This document shows, in pieces, positions 24,001-39,000 of a DNA stretch of 64,000 nt; positions within the stretch are counted from its first letter, which is position 1, and each line of letters begins with the position of its first letter. The DNA lies in assembly GCA_964057225.1 (NCBI GenBank), contig OZ059894.1:21886001-21950000 (forward strand). The letters are read 5' to 3'. A program made the position numbers and the translations under genes. The DNA comes from Auanema rhodensis (Eukaryota; Animalia; Nematoda). The notes under the pieces are model-generated. The model saw only the letters and a list, made by a program, of their open reading frames with translations, ran no database searches and was not told the DNA's origin.

Positions 24001-27000
24001 TATCTTGAAATTTTTCGAAAAACTTTTGTCAAAATGTTTTTGGAAGCAATGTTGAGTGTACATGGAAACTCAACATACACTAATGCATCATTTTTCAAAC
24101 GATCATAACTAATTTTTGTATCAAGCGTTTCTCAATGTAGTATAGTGCATTCGATGCGGATTTTTAAGCTGCGTCGATCTGTGTTATCAGATTTGCGCTA
24201 GCTTAAAAATGCACCGAGATATCAACTGATATAAGTTCACACTTATATCCTCGATTTTCACCCTGAAGAATTAATTTTTTCGTTGAATAACATTGTCTAT
24301 CGTCTTTGCCTTGAAAAATGGAATCTAAAAACATCTACTTTTTGCTAAATTATCTTGAAATTTTTCGAAAAAATTTTTGTCAAAATGTTTTTGGAAGCAA
24401 TGTTGAGTGTACATGGAAACTCAACATACACTAATGCATCATTTTTCAAACGATCATAACTAATTTTTGTATCAAGCGTTTCTCGATGTAGTATAGTGCA
24501 TTCGATGCGGATTTTTAAGCTGCGTCGATCTGTGTTATCAGATTTGCGCTAGCTTAAAAATGCACCGAGATATCAACTGATATAAGTTCACACTTATATC
24601 CTCGATTTTCACCCTGAAGAATTAATTTTTTCGTTGAATAACATTGTCCATCGTCTTTGCCTTGAAAAATGGAATCTAAAAACATCTACTTTTTGCTAAA
24701 TTATCTTGAAATTTTTCGAAAAACTTTTGTCAAAATGTTTTTGGAAGCAATGTTGAGTGTACATGGAAACTCAACATACACTAATGCATCATTTTTCAAA
24801 CGATCATAACTAATTTTTGTATCAAGCGTTTCTCAATGTAGTATAGTGCATTCGATGCGGATTTTTAAGCTGCGTCGATCTGTGTTATCAGATTTGCGCT
24901 AGCTTAAAAATGCACCGAGATATCAACTGATATAAGTTCACACTTATATCCTCGATTTTCACCCTGAAGAATTAATTTTTTCGTTGAATAACATTGTCTA
25001 TCGTCTTTGCCTTGAAAAATGGAATCTAAAAACATCTACTTTTTGCTAAATTATCTTGAAATTTTTCGAAAAAATTTTTGTCAAAATGTTTTTGGAAGCA
25101 ATGTTGAGTGTACATGGAAACTCAACATACACTAATGCATCATTTTTCAAACGATCATAACTAATTTTTGTATCAAGCGTTTCTCGATGTAGTATAGTGC
25201 ATTCGATGCGGATTTTTAAGCTGCGTCGATCTGTGTTATCAGATTTGCGCTAGCTTAAAAATGCACCGAGATATCAACTGATATAAGTTCACACTTATAT
25301 CCTCGATTTTCACCCTGAAGAATTAATTTTTTCGTTGAATAACATTGTCCATCGTCTTTGCCTTAAGAAAAGGAATCTAAAAACATCTACTTTTTGCTAA
25401 ATTATTTTGAAATTTTTCGAAAAAATTTTTGTCAAAATGTTTTTGGAAGCAATGTTGTGTGTACATGGAAACTCAACATACACTAATGCATCATTTTTCA
25501 AACGATCATAACTAATTTTTGTATCAAGCGTTTCTCAATGTAGTATAGTGCATTCGATGCGGATTTTTAAGCTGCGTCGATCTGTGTTATCAGATTTGCG
25601 CTAGCTTAAAAATGCACCGAGATATCAACTGATATAAGTTCACACTTATATCCTCGATTTTCACCCTGAAGAATTAATTTTTTCGTTGAATAACATTGTC
25701 CATCGTCTTTGCCTTAAAAAAAGGAATCTAAAAACATCTACTTTTTGCTAAATTATTTTGAAATTTTTCGAAAAAATTTTTGTCAAAATGTTTTTGGAAG
25801 CAATGTTGAGTGTACATGGAAACTCAACATACACTAATGCATCATTTTTCAAACGATCATAACTAATTTTTGTATCAAGCGTTTCTTGATGTAGTATAGT
25901 GCATTCGATGCGGATTTTTAAGCTGCGTCGATCTGTGTTATCAGATTTGCGCTAGCTTAAAAATGCACCGAGATATCAACTGATACAAGTTCACACTTGT
26001 ATCCTCGATTTTCACCCTGAAGAATTAATTTTTTCGTTGAATAACATTGTCTATCGTCTTTGCCTTGAAAAATGGAATATAAAAACATCTACTTTTTGCT
26101 AAATTATTTTGAAATTTTTCGAAAAAATTTTTGTCAAAATGTTTTTGGAAGCAATGTTGAGTGTACATGGAAACTCAACATACACTAATGCATCATTTTT
26201 CAAACGATCATAACTAATTTTTGTATCAAGCGTTTCTTGATGTAGTCTAGTGCATTCGATGCGGATTTTTAAGCTGCGTCGATCTGTGTTATCAGATTTG
26301 CGCTAGCTTAAAAATGCACCGAGATATCAACTGATACAAGTTCACACTTATATCCTCGATTTTCACCCTGAAGAATTAATTTTTTCGTTGAATAACATTG
26401 TCTATCGTCTTTGCCTTGAAAAATGGAATCTAAAAAACATCTACTTTTTGCTAAATTATTTTGAAATTTTTCGAAAAAATTTTTGTCAAAATGTTTTTGG
26501 AAGCAATGTTGAGTGTACATGGAAACTCAACATACACTAATGCATCATTTTTCAAACGATCATAACTAATTTTTGTATCAAGCGTTTCTTGATGTAGTAT
26601 AGTGCATTCGATGCGGATTTTTAAGCTGCGTCGATCTGTGTTATCAGATTTGCGCTAGCTTAAAAATGCACCGAGATATCAACTGATATAAGTTCACACT
26701 TATATCCTCGATTTTCACCCTGAAGAATTAATTTTTTCGTTGAATAACATTGTCTATCGTCTTTGCCTTGAAAAATGGAATCTAAAAACATCTACTTTTT
26801 GCTAAATTATTTTGAAATTTTTCGAAAAAATTTTTGTCAAAATGTTTTTGGAAGCAATGTTGAGTGTACATGGAAACTCAACATACACTAATGCATCATT
26901 TTTCAAACGATCATAACTAATTTTTGTATCAAGCGTTTCTCGATGTAGTATAGTGCATTCGATGCGGATTTTTAAGCTGCGTCGATCTGTGTTATCAGAT

Positions 27001-30000
27001 TTGCGCTAGCTTAAAAATGCACCGAGATATCAACTGATATAAGTTCACACTTATATCCTCGATTTTCACCCTGAAGAATTAATTTTTTCGTTGAATAACA
27101 TTGTCTATCGTCTTTGCCTTGAAAAATGGAATCTAAAAACATCTACTTTTTGCTAAATTATTTTGAAATTTTTCGAAAAAATTTTTGTCAAAATGTTTTT
27201 GGAAGCAATGTTGAGTGTACATGGAAACTCAACATACACTAATGCATCATTTTTCAAACGATCATAACTAATTTTTGTATCAAGCGTTTCTCGATGTAGT
27301 ATAGTGCATTCGATGCGGATTTTTAAGCTGCGTCGATCTGTGTTATCAGATTTGCGCTAGCTTAAAAATGCACCGAGATATCAACTGATATAAGTTCACA
27401 CTTATATCCTCGATTTTCACCCTGAAGAATTAATTTTTTCGTTGAATAACATTGTCCATCGTCTTTGCCTTAAAAAAAGGAATCTGAAAACATCTACTTT
27501 TTGCTAAATTATTTTGAAATTTTTCGAAAAAATTTTTGTCAAAATGTTTTTGGAAGCAATGTTGAGTGTACATGGAAACTCAACATACACTAATGCATCA
27601 TTTTTCAAACGATCATAACTAATTTTTGTATCAAGCGTTTCTTGATGTAGTATAGTGCATTCGATGCGGATTTTTAAGCTGCGTCGATCTGTGTTATCAG
27701 ATTTGCGCTAGCTTAAAAATGCACCGAGATATCAACTGATACAAGTTCACACTTATATCCTCGATTTTCACCCTGAAGAATTAATTTTTTCGTTGAATAA
27801 CATTGTCTATCGTCTTTGCCTTGAAAAATGGAATCTAAAAAACATCTACTTTTTGCTAAATTATTTTGAAATTTTTCGAAAAAATTTTTGTCAAAATGTT
27901 TTTGGAAGCAATGTTGAGTGTACATGGAAACTCAACATACACTAATGCATCATTTTTCAAACGATCATAACTAATTTTTGTATCAAGCGTTTCTTGATGT
28001 AGTATAGTGCATTCGATGCGGATTTTTAAGCTGCGTCGATCTGTGTTATCAGATTTGCGCTAGCTTAAAAATGCACCGAGATATCAACTGATATAAGTTC
28101 ACACTTATATCCTCGATTTTCACCCTGAAGAATTAATTTTTTCGTTGAATAACATTGTCTATCGTCTTTGCCTTGAAAAATGGAATCTAAAAACATCTAC
28201 TTTTTGCTAAATTATTTTGAAATTTTTCGAAAAAATTTTTGTCAAAATGTTTTTGGAAGCAATGTTGAGTGTACATGGAAACTCAACATACACTAATGCA
28301 TCATTTTTCAAACAATCATAACTAATTTTTGTATCAAGCGTTTCTCAATGTAGTATAGTGCATTCGATGCGGATTTTTAAGCTGCGTCGATCTGTGTTAT
28401 CAGATTTGCGCTAGCTTAAAAATGCACCGAGATATCAACTGATATAAGTTCACACTTATATCCTCGATTTTCACCCTGAAGAATTAATTTTTTCGTTGAA
28501 TAACATTGTCTATCGTCTTTCCCTTGAAAAATGGAATCTAAAAACATCTACTTTTTGCTAAATTATTTTGAAATTTTTCGAAAAAATTTTTGTCAAAATG
28601 TTTTTGGAAGCAATGTTGAGTGTACATGGAAACTCAACATACACTAATGCATCATTTTTCAAACGATCATAACTAATTTTTGTATCAAGCGTTTCTCGAT
28701 GTAGTATAGTGCATTCGATGCGGATTTTTAAGCTGCGTCGATCTGTGTTATCAGATTTGCGCTAGCTTAAAAATGCACCGAGATATCAACTGATATAAGT
28801 TCACACTTATATCCTCGATTTTCACCCTGAAGAATTAATTTTTTCGTTGAATAACATTGTCCATCGTCTTTGCCTTGAAAAATGGAATCTAAAAACATCT
28901 ACTTTTTGCTAAATTATCTTGAAATTTTTCGAAAAACTTTTGTCAAAATGTTTTTGGAAGCAATGTTGAGTGTACATGGAAACTCAACATACACTAATGC
29001 ATCATTTTTCAAACGATCATAACTAATTTTTGTATCAAGCGTTTCTCAATGTAGTATAGTGCATTCGATGCGGATTTTTAAGCTGCGTCGATCTGTGTTA
29101 TCAGATTTGCGCTAGCTTAAAAATGCACCGAGATATCAACTGATATAAGTTCACACTTATATCCTCGATTTTCACCCTGAAGAATTAATTTTTTCGTTGA
29201 ATAACATTGTCTATCGTCTTTCCCTTGAAAAATGGAATCTAAAAACATCTACTTTTTGCTAAATTATTTTGAAATTTTTCGAAAAAATTTTTGTCAAAAT
29301 GTTTTTGGAAGCAATGTTGAGTGTACATGGAAACTCAACATACACTAATGCATCATTTTTCAAACGATCATAACTAATTTTTGTATCAAGCGTTTCTCGA
29401 TGTAGTATAGTGCATTCGATGCGGATTTTTAAGCTGCGTCGATCTGTGTTATCAGATTTGCGCTAGCTTAAAAATGCACCGAGATATCAACTGATATAAG
29501 TTCACACTTATATCCTCGATTTTCACCCTGAAGAATTAATTTTTTCGTTGAATAACATTGTCTATCGTCTTTGCCTTGAAAAATGGAATCTAAAAACATC
29601 TACTTTTTGCTAAATTATTTTGAAATTTTTCGAAAAAATTTTTGTCAAAATGTTTTTGGAAGCAATGTTGAGTGTACATGGAAACTCAACATACACTAAT
29701 GCATCATTTTTCAAACGATCATAACTAATTTTTGTATCAAGCGTTTCTCGATGTAGTATAGTGCATTCGATGCGGATTTTTAAGCTGCGTCGATCTGTGT
29801 TATCAGATTTGCGCTAGCTTAAAAATGCACCGAGATATCAACTGATATAAGTTCACACTTATATCCTCGATTTTCACCCTGAAGAATTAATTTTTTCGTT
29901 GAATAACATTGTCCATCGTCTTTGCCTTAAAAAAAGGAATCTGAAAACATCTACTTTTTGCTAAATTATTTTGAAATTTTTCGAAAAAATTTTTGTCAAA

Positions 30001-33000
30001 ATGTTTTTGGAAGCAATGTTGAGTGTACATGGAAACTCAACATACACTAATGCATCATTTTTCAAACGATCATAACTAATTTTTGTATCAAGCGTTTCTT
30101 GATGTAGTATAGTGCATTCGATGCGGATTTTTAAGCTGCGTCGATCTGTGTTATCAGATTTGCGCTAGCTTAAAAATGCACCGAGATATCAACTGATACA
30201 AGTTCACACTTATATCCTCGATTTTCACCCTGAAGAATTAATTTTTTCGTTGAATAACATTGTCTATCGTCTTTGCCTTGAAAAATGGAATCTAAAAAAC
30301 ATCTACTTTTTGCTAAATTATTTTGAAATTTTTCGAAAAAATTTTTGTCAAAATGTTTTTGGAAGCAATGTTGAGTGTACATGGAAACTCAACATACACT
30401 AATGCATCATTTTTCAAACGATCATAACTAATTTTTGTATCAAGCGTTTCTTGATGTAGTATAGTGCATTCGATGCGGATTTTTAAGCTGCGTCGATCTG
30501 TGTTATCAGATTTGCGCTAGCTTAAAAATGCACCGAGATATCAACTGATATAAGTTCACACTTATATCCTCGATTTTCACCCTGAAGAATTAATTTTTTC
30601 GTTGAATAACATTGTCTATCGTCTTTGCCTTGAAAAATGGAATCTAAAAACATCTACTTTTTGCTAAATTATTTTGAAATTTTTCGAAAAAATTTTTGTC
30701 AAAATGTTTTTGGAAGCAATGTTGAGTGTACATGGAAACTCAACATACACTAATGCATCATTTTTCAAACAATCATAACTAATTTTTGTATCAAGCGTTT
30801 CTCAATGTAGTATAGTGCATTCGATGCGGATTTTTAAGCTGCGTCGATCTGTGTTATCAGATTTGCGCTAGCTTAAAAATGCACCGAGATATCAACTGAT
30901 ATAAGTTCACACTTATATCCTCGATTTTCACCCTGAAGAATTAATTTTTTCGTTGAATAACATTGTCTATCGTCTTTCCCTTGAAAAATGGAATCTAAAA
31001 ACATCTACTTTTTGCTAAATTATTTTGAAATTTTTCGAAAAAATTTTTGTCAAAATGTTTTTGGAAGCAATGTTGAGTGTACATGGAAACTCAACATACA
31101 CTAATGCATCATTTTTCAAACGATCATAACTAATTTTTGTATCAAGCGTTTCTCGATGTAGTATAGTGCATTCGATGCGGATTTTTAAGCTGCGTCGATC
31201 TGTGTTATCAGATTTGCGCTAGCTTAAAAATGCACCGAGATATCAACTGATATAAGTTCACACTTATATCCTCGATTTTCACCCTGAAGAATTAATTTTT
31301 TCGTTGAATAACATTGTCCATCGTCTTTGCCTTGAAAAATGGAATCTAAAAACATCTACTTTTTGCTAAATTATCTTGAAATTTTTCGAAAAACTTTTGT
31401 CAAAATGTTTTTGGAAGCAATGTTGAGTGTACATGGAAACTCAACATACACTAATGCATCATTTTTCAAACGATCATAACTAATTTTTGTATCAAGCGTT
31501 TCTCAATGTAGTATAGTGCATTCGATGCGGATTTTTAAGCTGCGTCGATCTGTGTTATCAGATTTGCGCTAGCTTAAAAATGCACCGAGATATCAACTGA
31601 TATAAGTTCACACTTATATCCTCGATTTTCACCCTGAAGAATTAATTTTTTCGTTGAATAACATTGTCTATCGTCTTTGCCTTGAAAAATGGAATCTAAA
31701 AACATCTACTTTTTGCTAAATTATCTTGAAATTTTTCGAAAAAATTTTTGTCAAAATGTTTTTGGAAGCAATGTTGAGTGTACATGGAAACTCAACATAC
31801 ACTAATGCATCATTTTTCGAACGATCATAACTAATTTTTGTATCAAGCGTTTCTCGATGTAGTATAGTGCATTCGATGCGGATTTTTAAGCTGCGTCGAT
31901 CTGTGTTATCAGATTTGCGCTAGCTTAAAAATGCACCGAGATATCAACTGATATAAGTTCACACTTATATCCTCGATTTTCACCCTGAAGAATTAATTTT
32001 TTCGTTGAATAACATTGTCCATCGTCTTTGCCTTAAAAAAAGGAATCTGAAAACATCTACTTTTTGCTAAATTATTTTGAAATTTTTCGAAAAAATTTTT
32101 GTCAAAATGTTTTTGGAAGCAATGTTGAGTGTACATGGAAACTCAACATACACTAATGCATCATTTTTCAAACGATCATAACTAATTTTTGTATCAAGCG
32201 TTTCTTGATGTAGTATAGTGCATTCGATGCGGATTTTTAAGCTGCGTCGATCTGTGTTATCAGATTTGCGCTAGCTTAAAAATGCACCGAGATATCAACT
32301 GATACAAGTTCACACTTATATCCTCGATTTTCACCCTGAAGAATTAATTTTTTCGTTGAATAACATTGTCTATCGTCTTTGCCTTGAAAAATGGAATCTA
32401 AAAAACATCTACTTTTTGCTAAATTATTTTGAAATTTTTCGAAAAAATTTTTGTCAAAATGTTTTTGGAAGCAATGTTGAGTGTACATGGAAACTCAACA
32501 TACACTAATGCATCATTTTTCAAACGATCATAACTAATTTTTGTATCAAGCGTTTCTTGATGTAGTATAGTGCATTCGATGCGGATTTTTAAGCTGCGTC
32601 GATCTGTGTTATCAGATTTGCGCTAGCTTAAAAATGCACCGAGATATCAACTGATATAAGTTCACACTTATATCCTCGATTTTCACCCTGAAGAATTAAT
32701 TTTTTCGTTGAATAACATTGTCTATCGTCTTTGCCTTGAAAAATGGAATCTAAAAACATCTACTTTTTGCTAAATTATTTTGAAATTTTTCGAAAAAATT
32801 TTTGTCAAAATGTTTTTGGAAGCAATGTTGAGTGTACATGGAAACTCAACATACACTAATGCATCATTTTTCAAACAATCATAACTAATTTTTGTATCAA
32901 GCGTTTCTCAATGTAGTATAGTGCATTCGATGCGGATTTTTAAGCTGCGTCGATCTGTGTTATCAGATTTGCGCTAGCTTAAAAATGCACCGAGATATCA

Positions 33001-36000
33001 ACTGATATAAGTTCACACTTATATCCTCGATTTTCACCCTGAAGAATTAATTTTTTCGTTGAATAACATTGTCTATCGTCTTTCCCTTGAAAAATGGAAT
33101 CTAAAAACATCTACTTTTTGCTAAATTATTTTGAAATTTTTCGAAAAAATTTTTGTCAAAATGTTTTTGGAAGCAATGTTGAGTGTACATGGAAACTCAA
33201 CATACACTAATGCATCATTTTTCAAACGATCATAACTAATTTTTGTATCAAGCGTTTCTCGATGTAGTATAGTGCATTCGATGCGGATTTTTAAGCTGCG
33301 TCGATCTGTGTTATCAGATTTGCGCTAGCTTAAAAATGCACCGAGATATCAACTGATATAAGTTCACACTTATATCCTCGATTTTCACCCTGAAGAATTA
33401 ATTTTTTCGTTGAATAACATTGTCCATCGTCTTTGCCTTGAAAAATGGAATCTAAAAACATCTACTTTTTGCTAAATTATCTTGAAATTTTTCGAAAAAC
33501 TTTTGTCAAAATGTTTTTGGAAGCAATGTTGAGTGTACATGGAAACTCAACATACACTAATGCATCATTTTTCAAACGATCATAACTAATTTTTGTATCA
33601 AGCGTTTCTCGATGTAGTATAGTGCATTCGATGCGGATTTTTAAGCTGCGTCGATCTGTGTTATCAGATTTGCGCTAGCTTAAAAATGCACCGAGATATC
33701 AACTGATATAAGTTCACACTTATATCCTCGATTTTCACCCTGAAGAATTAATTTTTTCGTTGAATAACATTGTCCATCGTCTTTGCCTTGAAAAATGAAA
33801 TCTAAAAACATCTACTTTTTGCTAAATTATCTTGAAATTTTTCGAAAAAATTTTTGTCAAAATGTTTTTGGAAGCAATGTTGAGTGTACATGGAAACTCA
33901 ACATACACTAATGCATCATTTTTCAAACGATCATAACTAATTTTTGTATTAAGCGTTTCTCAATGTAGTATAGTGCATTCGATGCGGATTTTTAAGCTGC
34001 GTCGATCTGTGTTATCAGATTTGCGCTAGCTTAAAAATGCACCGAGACATCAACTGATATAAGTTCACACTTATATCCTCGATTTTCACCCTGAAGAATT
34101 AATTTTTTCGTTGAATAACATTGTCCATCGTCTTTGATTTAAAAAAAGGAATCTAAAAACATCTACTTTTTGCTAAATTATTTTGAAATTTTTCGAAAAA
34201 ATTTTTGTCAAAATGTTTTTGGAAGCAATATTGAGTGTACATGGAAACTCAACATACACTAATGCATCATTTTTCAAACGATCATAACTAATTTGTGTAT
34301 TAAGCGTTTCTCAATGTAGTATAGTGCATTCGATGCGGATTTTTAAGCTGCGTCGATCTGTGTTATCTGATTTGCGCTAGCTTAAAAATGCACCGAGATA
34401 TCAACTGATACAAGTTCACACTTATATCCTCGATTTTCACCCTGAAGAATTAATTTTTTCGTTGAATAACATTGTCTATCGTCTTTGCCTTGAAAAAAGG
34501 AATCTAAAAACATCTACTTTTTGCTGAATTATTTTGAAATTTTTCGAAAAAATTTTTGTCAAAATGTTTTTGGAAGCAATGTTGAGTGTACATGGAAACT
34601 CAACATACACTAATGCATCATTTTTCAAACGATCATAACTAATTTTTGTATCAAGCGTTTCTTGATGTAGTATAGTGCATTCGATGCGGATTTTTAAGCT
34701 GCGTCGATCTGTGTTATCAGATTTGCGCTAGCTTAAAAATGCACCGAGATATCAACTGATATAAGTTCACACTTATATCCTCGATTTTCACCCTGAAGAA
34801 TTAATTTTTTCGTTGAATAACATTGTCTATCGTCTTTCCCTTGAAAAATGGAATCTAAAAACATCTACTTTTTGCTAAATTATTTTGAAATTTTTCGAAA
34901 AAATTTTTGTCAAAATGTTTTTGGAAGCAATGTTGAGTGTACATGGAAACTCAACATACACTAATGCATCATTTTTCAAACGATCATAACTAATTTTTGT
35001 ATCAAGCGTTTCTTGATGTAGTATAGTGCATTCGATGCGGATTTTTAAGCTGCGTCGATCTGTGTTATCAGATTTGCGCTAGCTTAAAAATGCACCGAGA
35101 TATCAACTGATATAAGTTCACACTTATATCCTCGATTTTCACCCTGAAGAATTAATTTTTTCGTTGAATAACATTGTCTATCGTCTTTCCCTTGAAAAAT
35201 GGAATCTAAAAACATCTACTTTTTGCTAAATTATTTTGAAATTTTTCGAAAAAATTTTTGTCAAAATGTTTTTGGAAGCAATGTTGAGTGTACATGGAAA
35301 CTCAACATACACTAATGCATCATTTTTCAAACGATCATAACTAATTTTTGTATCAAGCGTTTCTCGATGTAGTATAGTGCATTCGATGCGGATTTTTAAG
35401 CTGCGTCGATCTGTGTTATCAGATTTGCGCTAGCTTAAAAATGCACCGAGATATCAACTGATATAAGTTCACACTTATATCCTCGATTTTCACCCTGAAG
35501 AATTAATTTTTTCGTTGAATAACATTGTCCATCGTCTTTGCCTTGAAAAATGGAATCTAAAAACATCTACTTTTTGCTAAATTATCTTGAAATTTTTCGA
35601 AAAACTTTTGTCAAAATGTTTTTGGAAGCAATGTTGAGTGTACATGGAAACTCAACATACACTAATGCATCATTTTTCAAACGATCATAACTAATTTTTG
35701 TATCAAGCGTTTCTCGATGTAGTATAGTGCATTCGATGCGGATTTTTAAGCTGCGTCGATCTGTGTTATCAGATTTGCGCTAGCTTAAAAATGCACCGAG
35801 ATATCAACTGATATAAGTTCACACTTATATCCTCGATTTTCACCCTGAAGAATTAATTTTTTCGTTGAATAACATTGTCCATCGTCTTTGCCTTGAAAAA
35901 TGGAATCTAAAAACATCTACTTTTTGCTAAATTATCTTGAAATTTTTCGAAAAAATTTTTGTCAAAATGTTTTTGGAAGCAATGTTGAGTGTACATGGAA

Positions 36001-39000
36001 ACTCAACATACACTAATGCATCATTTTTCAAACGATCATAACTAATTTTTGTATTAAGCGTTTCTCAATGTAGTATAGTGCATTCGATGCGGATTTTTAA
36101 GCTGCGTCGATCTGTGTTATCAGATTTGCGCTAGCTTAAAAATGCACCGAGACATCAACTGATATAAGTTCACACTTATATCCTCGATTTTCACCCTGAA
36201 GAATTAATTTTTTCGTTGAATAACATTGTCCATCGTCTTTGATTTAAAAAAAGGAATCTAAAAACATCTACTTTTTGCTAAATTATTTTGAAATTTTTCG
36301 AAAAAATTTTTGTCAAAATGTTTTTGGAAGCAATATTGAGTGTACATGGAAACTCAACATACACTAATGCATCATTTTTCAAACGATCATAACTAATTTG
36401 TGTATTAAGCGTTTCTCAATGTAGTATAGTGCATTCGATGCGGATTTTTAAGCTGCGTCGATCTGTGTTATCAGATTTGCGCTAGCTTAAAAATGCACCG
36501 AGACATCAACTGATATAAGTTCACACTTATATCCTCGATTTTCACCCTGAAGAATTAATTTTTTCGTTGAATAACATTGTCCATCGTCTTTGATTTAAAA
36601 AAAGGAATCTAAAAACATCTACTTTTTGCTAAATTATTTTGAAATTTTTCGAAAAAATTTTTGTCAAAATGTTTTTGGAAGCAATATTGAGTGTACATGG
36701 AAACTCAACATACACTAATGCATCATTTTTCAAACGATCATAACTAATTTGTGTATTAAGCGTTTCTCAATGTAGTATAGTGCATTCGATGCGGATTTTT
36801 AAGCTGCGTCGATCTGTGTTATCAGATTTGCGCTAGCTTAAAAATGCACCGAGATATCAACTGATATAAGTTCACACTTATATCCTCGATTTTCACCCTG
36901 AAGAATTAATTTTTTCGTTGAATAGCATTGTCCATCGTCTTTGCCTTGAAAAAAGAAATCTAAAAACATCTACTTTTTGCTAAATTATTTTGAAATTTTT
37001 CGAAAAAATTTTTGTCAAAATGTTTTTGGAAGCAATATTGAGTGTACATGGAAACTCAACATACACTAATGCATCATTTTTCAAACGATCATAACTAATT
37101 TGTGTATTAAGCGTTTCTCAATGTAGTATAGTGCATTCGATGCGGATTTTTAAGCTGCGTCGATCTGTGTTATCAGATTTGCGCTAGCTTAAAAATGCAC
37201 CGAGATATCAACTGATACAAGTTCACACTTATATCCTCGATTTTCACCCTGAAGAATTAATTTTTTCGTTGAATAACATTGTCCATCGTCTTTGCCTTGA
37301 AAAATGGAATCTAAAAACATCTACTTTTTGCTAAATTATTTTGAAATTTTTCGAAAAAATTTTTGTCAAAATGTTTTTGGAAGCAATGTTGAGTGTACAT
37401 GGAAACTCAACATACACTAATGCATCATTTTTCAAACGATCATAACTAATTTTTGTATCAAGCGTTTCTCGATGTAGTATAGTGCATTCGATGCGGATTT
37501 TTAAGCTGCGTCGATCTGTGTTATCAGATTTGCGCTAGCTTAAAAATGCACCGAGATATCAACTGATATAAGTTCACACTTATATCCTCGATTTTCACCC
37601 TGAAGAATTAATTTTTTCGTTGAATAGCATTGTCCATCGTCTTTGCCTTGAAAAAAGAAATCTAAAAACATCTACTTTTTGCTAAATTATTTTGAAATTT
37701 TTCGAAAAAATTTTTGTCAAAATGTTTTTGGAAGCAATATTGAGTGTACATGGAAACTCAACATACACTAATGCATCATTTTTCAAACGATCATAACTAA
37801 TTTGTGTATTAAGCGTTTCTCAATGTAGTATAGTGCATTCGATGCGGATTTTTAAGCTGCGTCGATCTGTGTTATCAGATTTGCGCTAGCTTAAAAATGC
37901 ACCGAGATATCAACTGATATAAGTTCACACTTATATCCTCGATTTTCACCCTGAAGAATTAATTTTTTCGTTGAATAGCATTGTCCATCGTCTTTGCCTT
38001 GAAAAAAGAAATCTAAAAACATCTACTTTTTGCTAAATTATTTTGAAATTTTTCGAAAAAATTTTTGTCAAAATGTTTTTGGAAGCAATATTGAGTGTAC
38101 ATGGAAACTCAACATACACTAATGCATCATTTTTCAAACGATCATAACTAATTTGTGTATTAAGCGTTTCTCAATGTAGTATAGTGCATTCGATGCGGAT
38201 TTTTAAGCTGCGTCGATCTGTGTTATCAGATTTGCGCTAGCTTAAAAATGCACCGAGATATCAACTGATACAAGTTCACACTTATATCCTCGATTTTCAC
38301 CCTGAAGAATTAATTTTTTCGTTGAATAACATTGTCTATCGTCTTTGCCTTGAAAAATGGAATCTAAAAAACATCTACTTTTTGCTAAATTATTTTGAAA
38401 TTTTTCGAAAAAATTTTTGTCAAAATGTTTTTGGAAGCAATGTTGAGTGTACATGGAAACTCAACATACACTAATGCATCATTTTTCAAACGATCATAAC
38501 TAATTTTTGTATCAAGCGTTTCTTGATGTAGTATAGTGCATTCGATGCGGATTTTTAAGCTGCGTCGATCTGTGTTATCAGATTTGCGCTAGCTTAAAAA
38601 TGCACCGAGATATCAACTGATATAAGTTCACACTTATATCCTCGATTTTCACCCTGAAGAATTAATTTTTTCGTTGAATAACATTGTCTATCGTCTTTGC
38701 CTTGAAAAATGGAATCTAAAAACATCTACTTTTTGCTAAATTATTTTGAAATTTTTCGAAAAAATTTTTGTCAAAATGTTTTTGGAAGCAATGTTGAGTG
38801 TACATGGAAACTCAACATACACTAATGCATCATTTTTCAAACAATCATAACTAATTTTTGTATCAAGCGTTTCTCAATGTAGTATAGTGCATTCGATGCG
38901 GATTTTTAAGCTGCGTCGATCTGTGTTATCAGATTTGCGCTAGCTTAAAAATGCACCGAGATATCAACTGATATAAGTTCACACTTATATCCTCGATTTT

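Noticed and set aside
21394-38454. Seven identical 70-aa minus-strand ORFs (MYTQHCFQ...)
   Set aside because: They coincide exactly with the +1A/GATAC monomer variant that happens to open a frame. The K/F/N-rich composition reflects A/T tracts, there is no recognisable domain, and the frame is closed in all other monomers.
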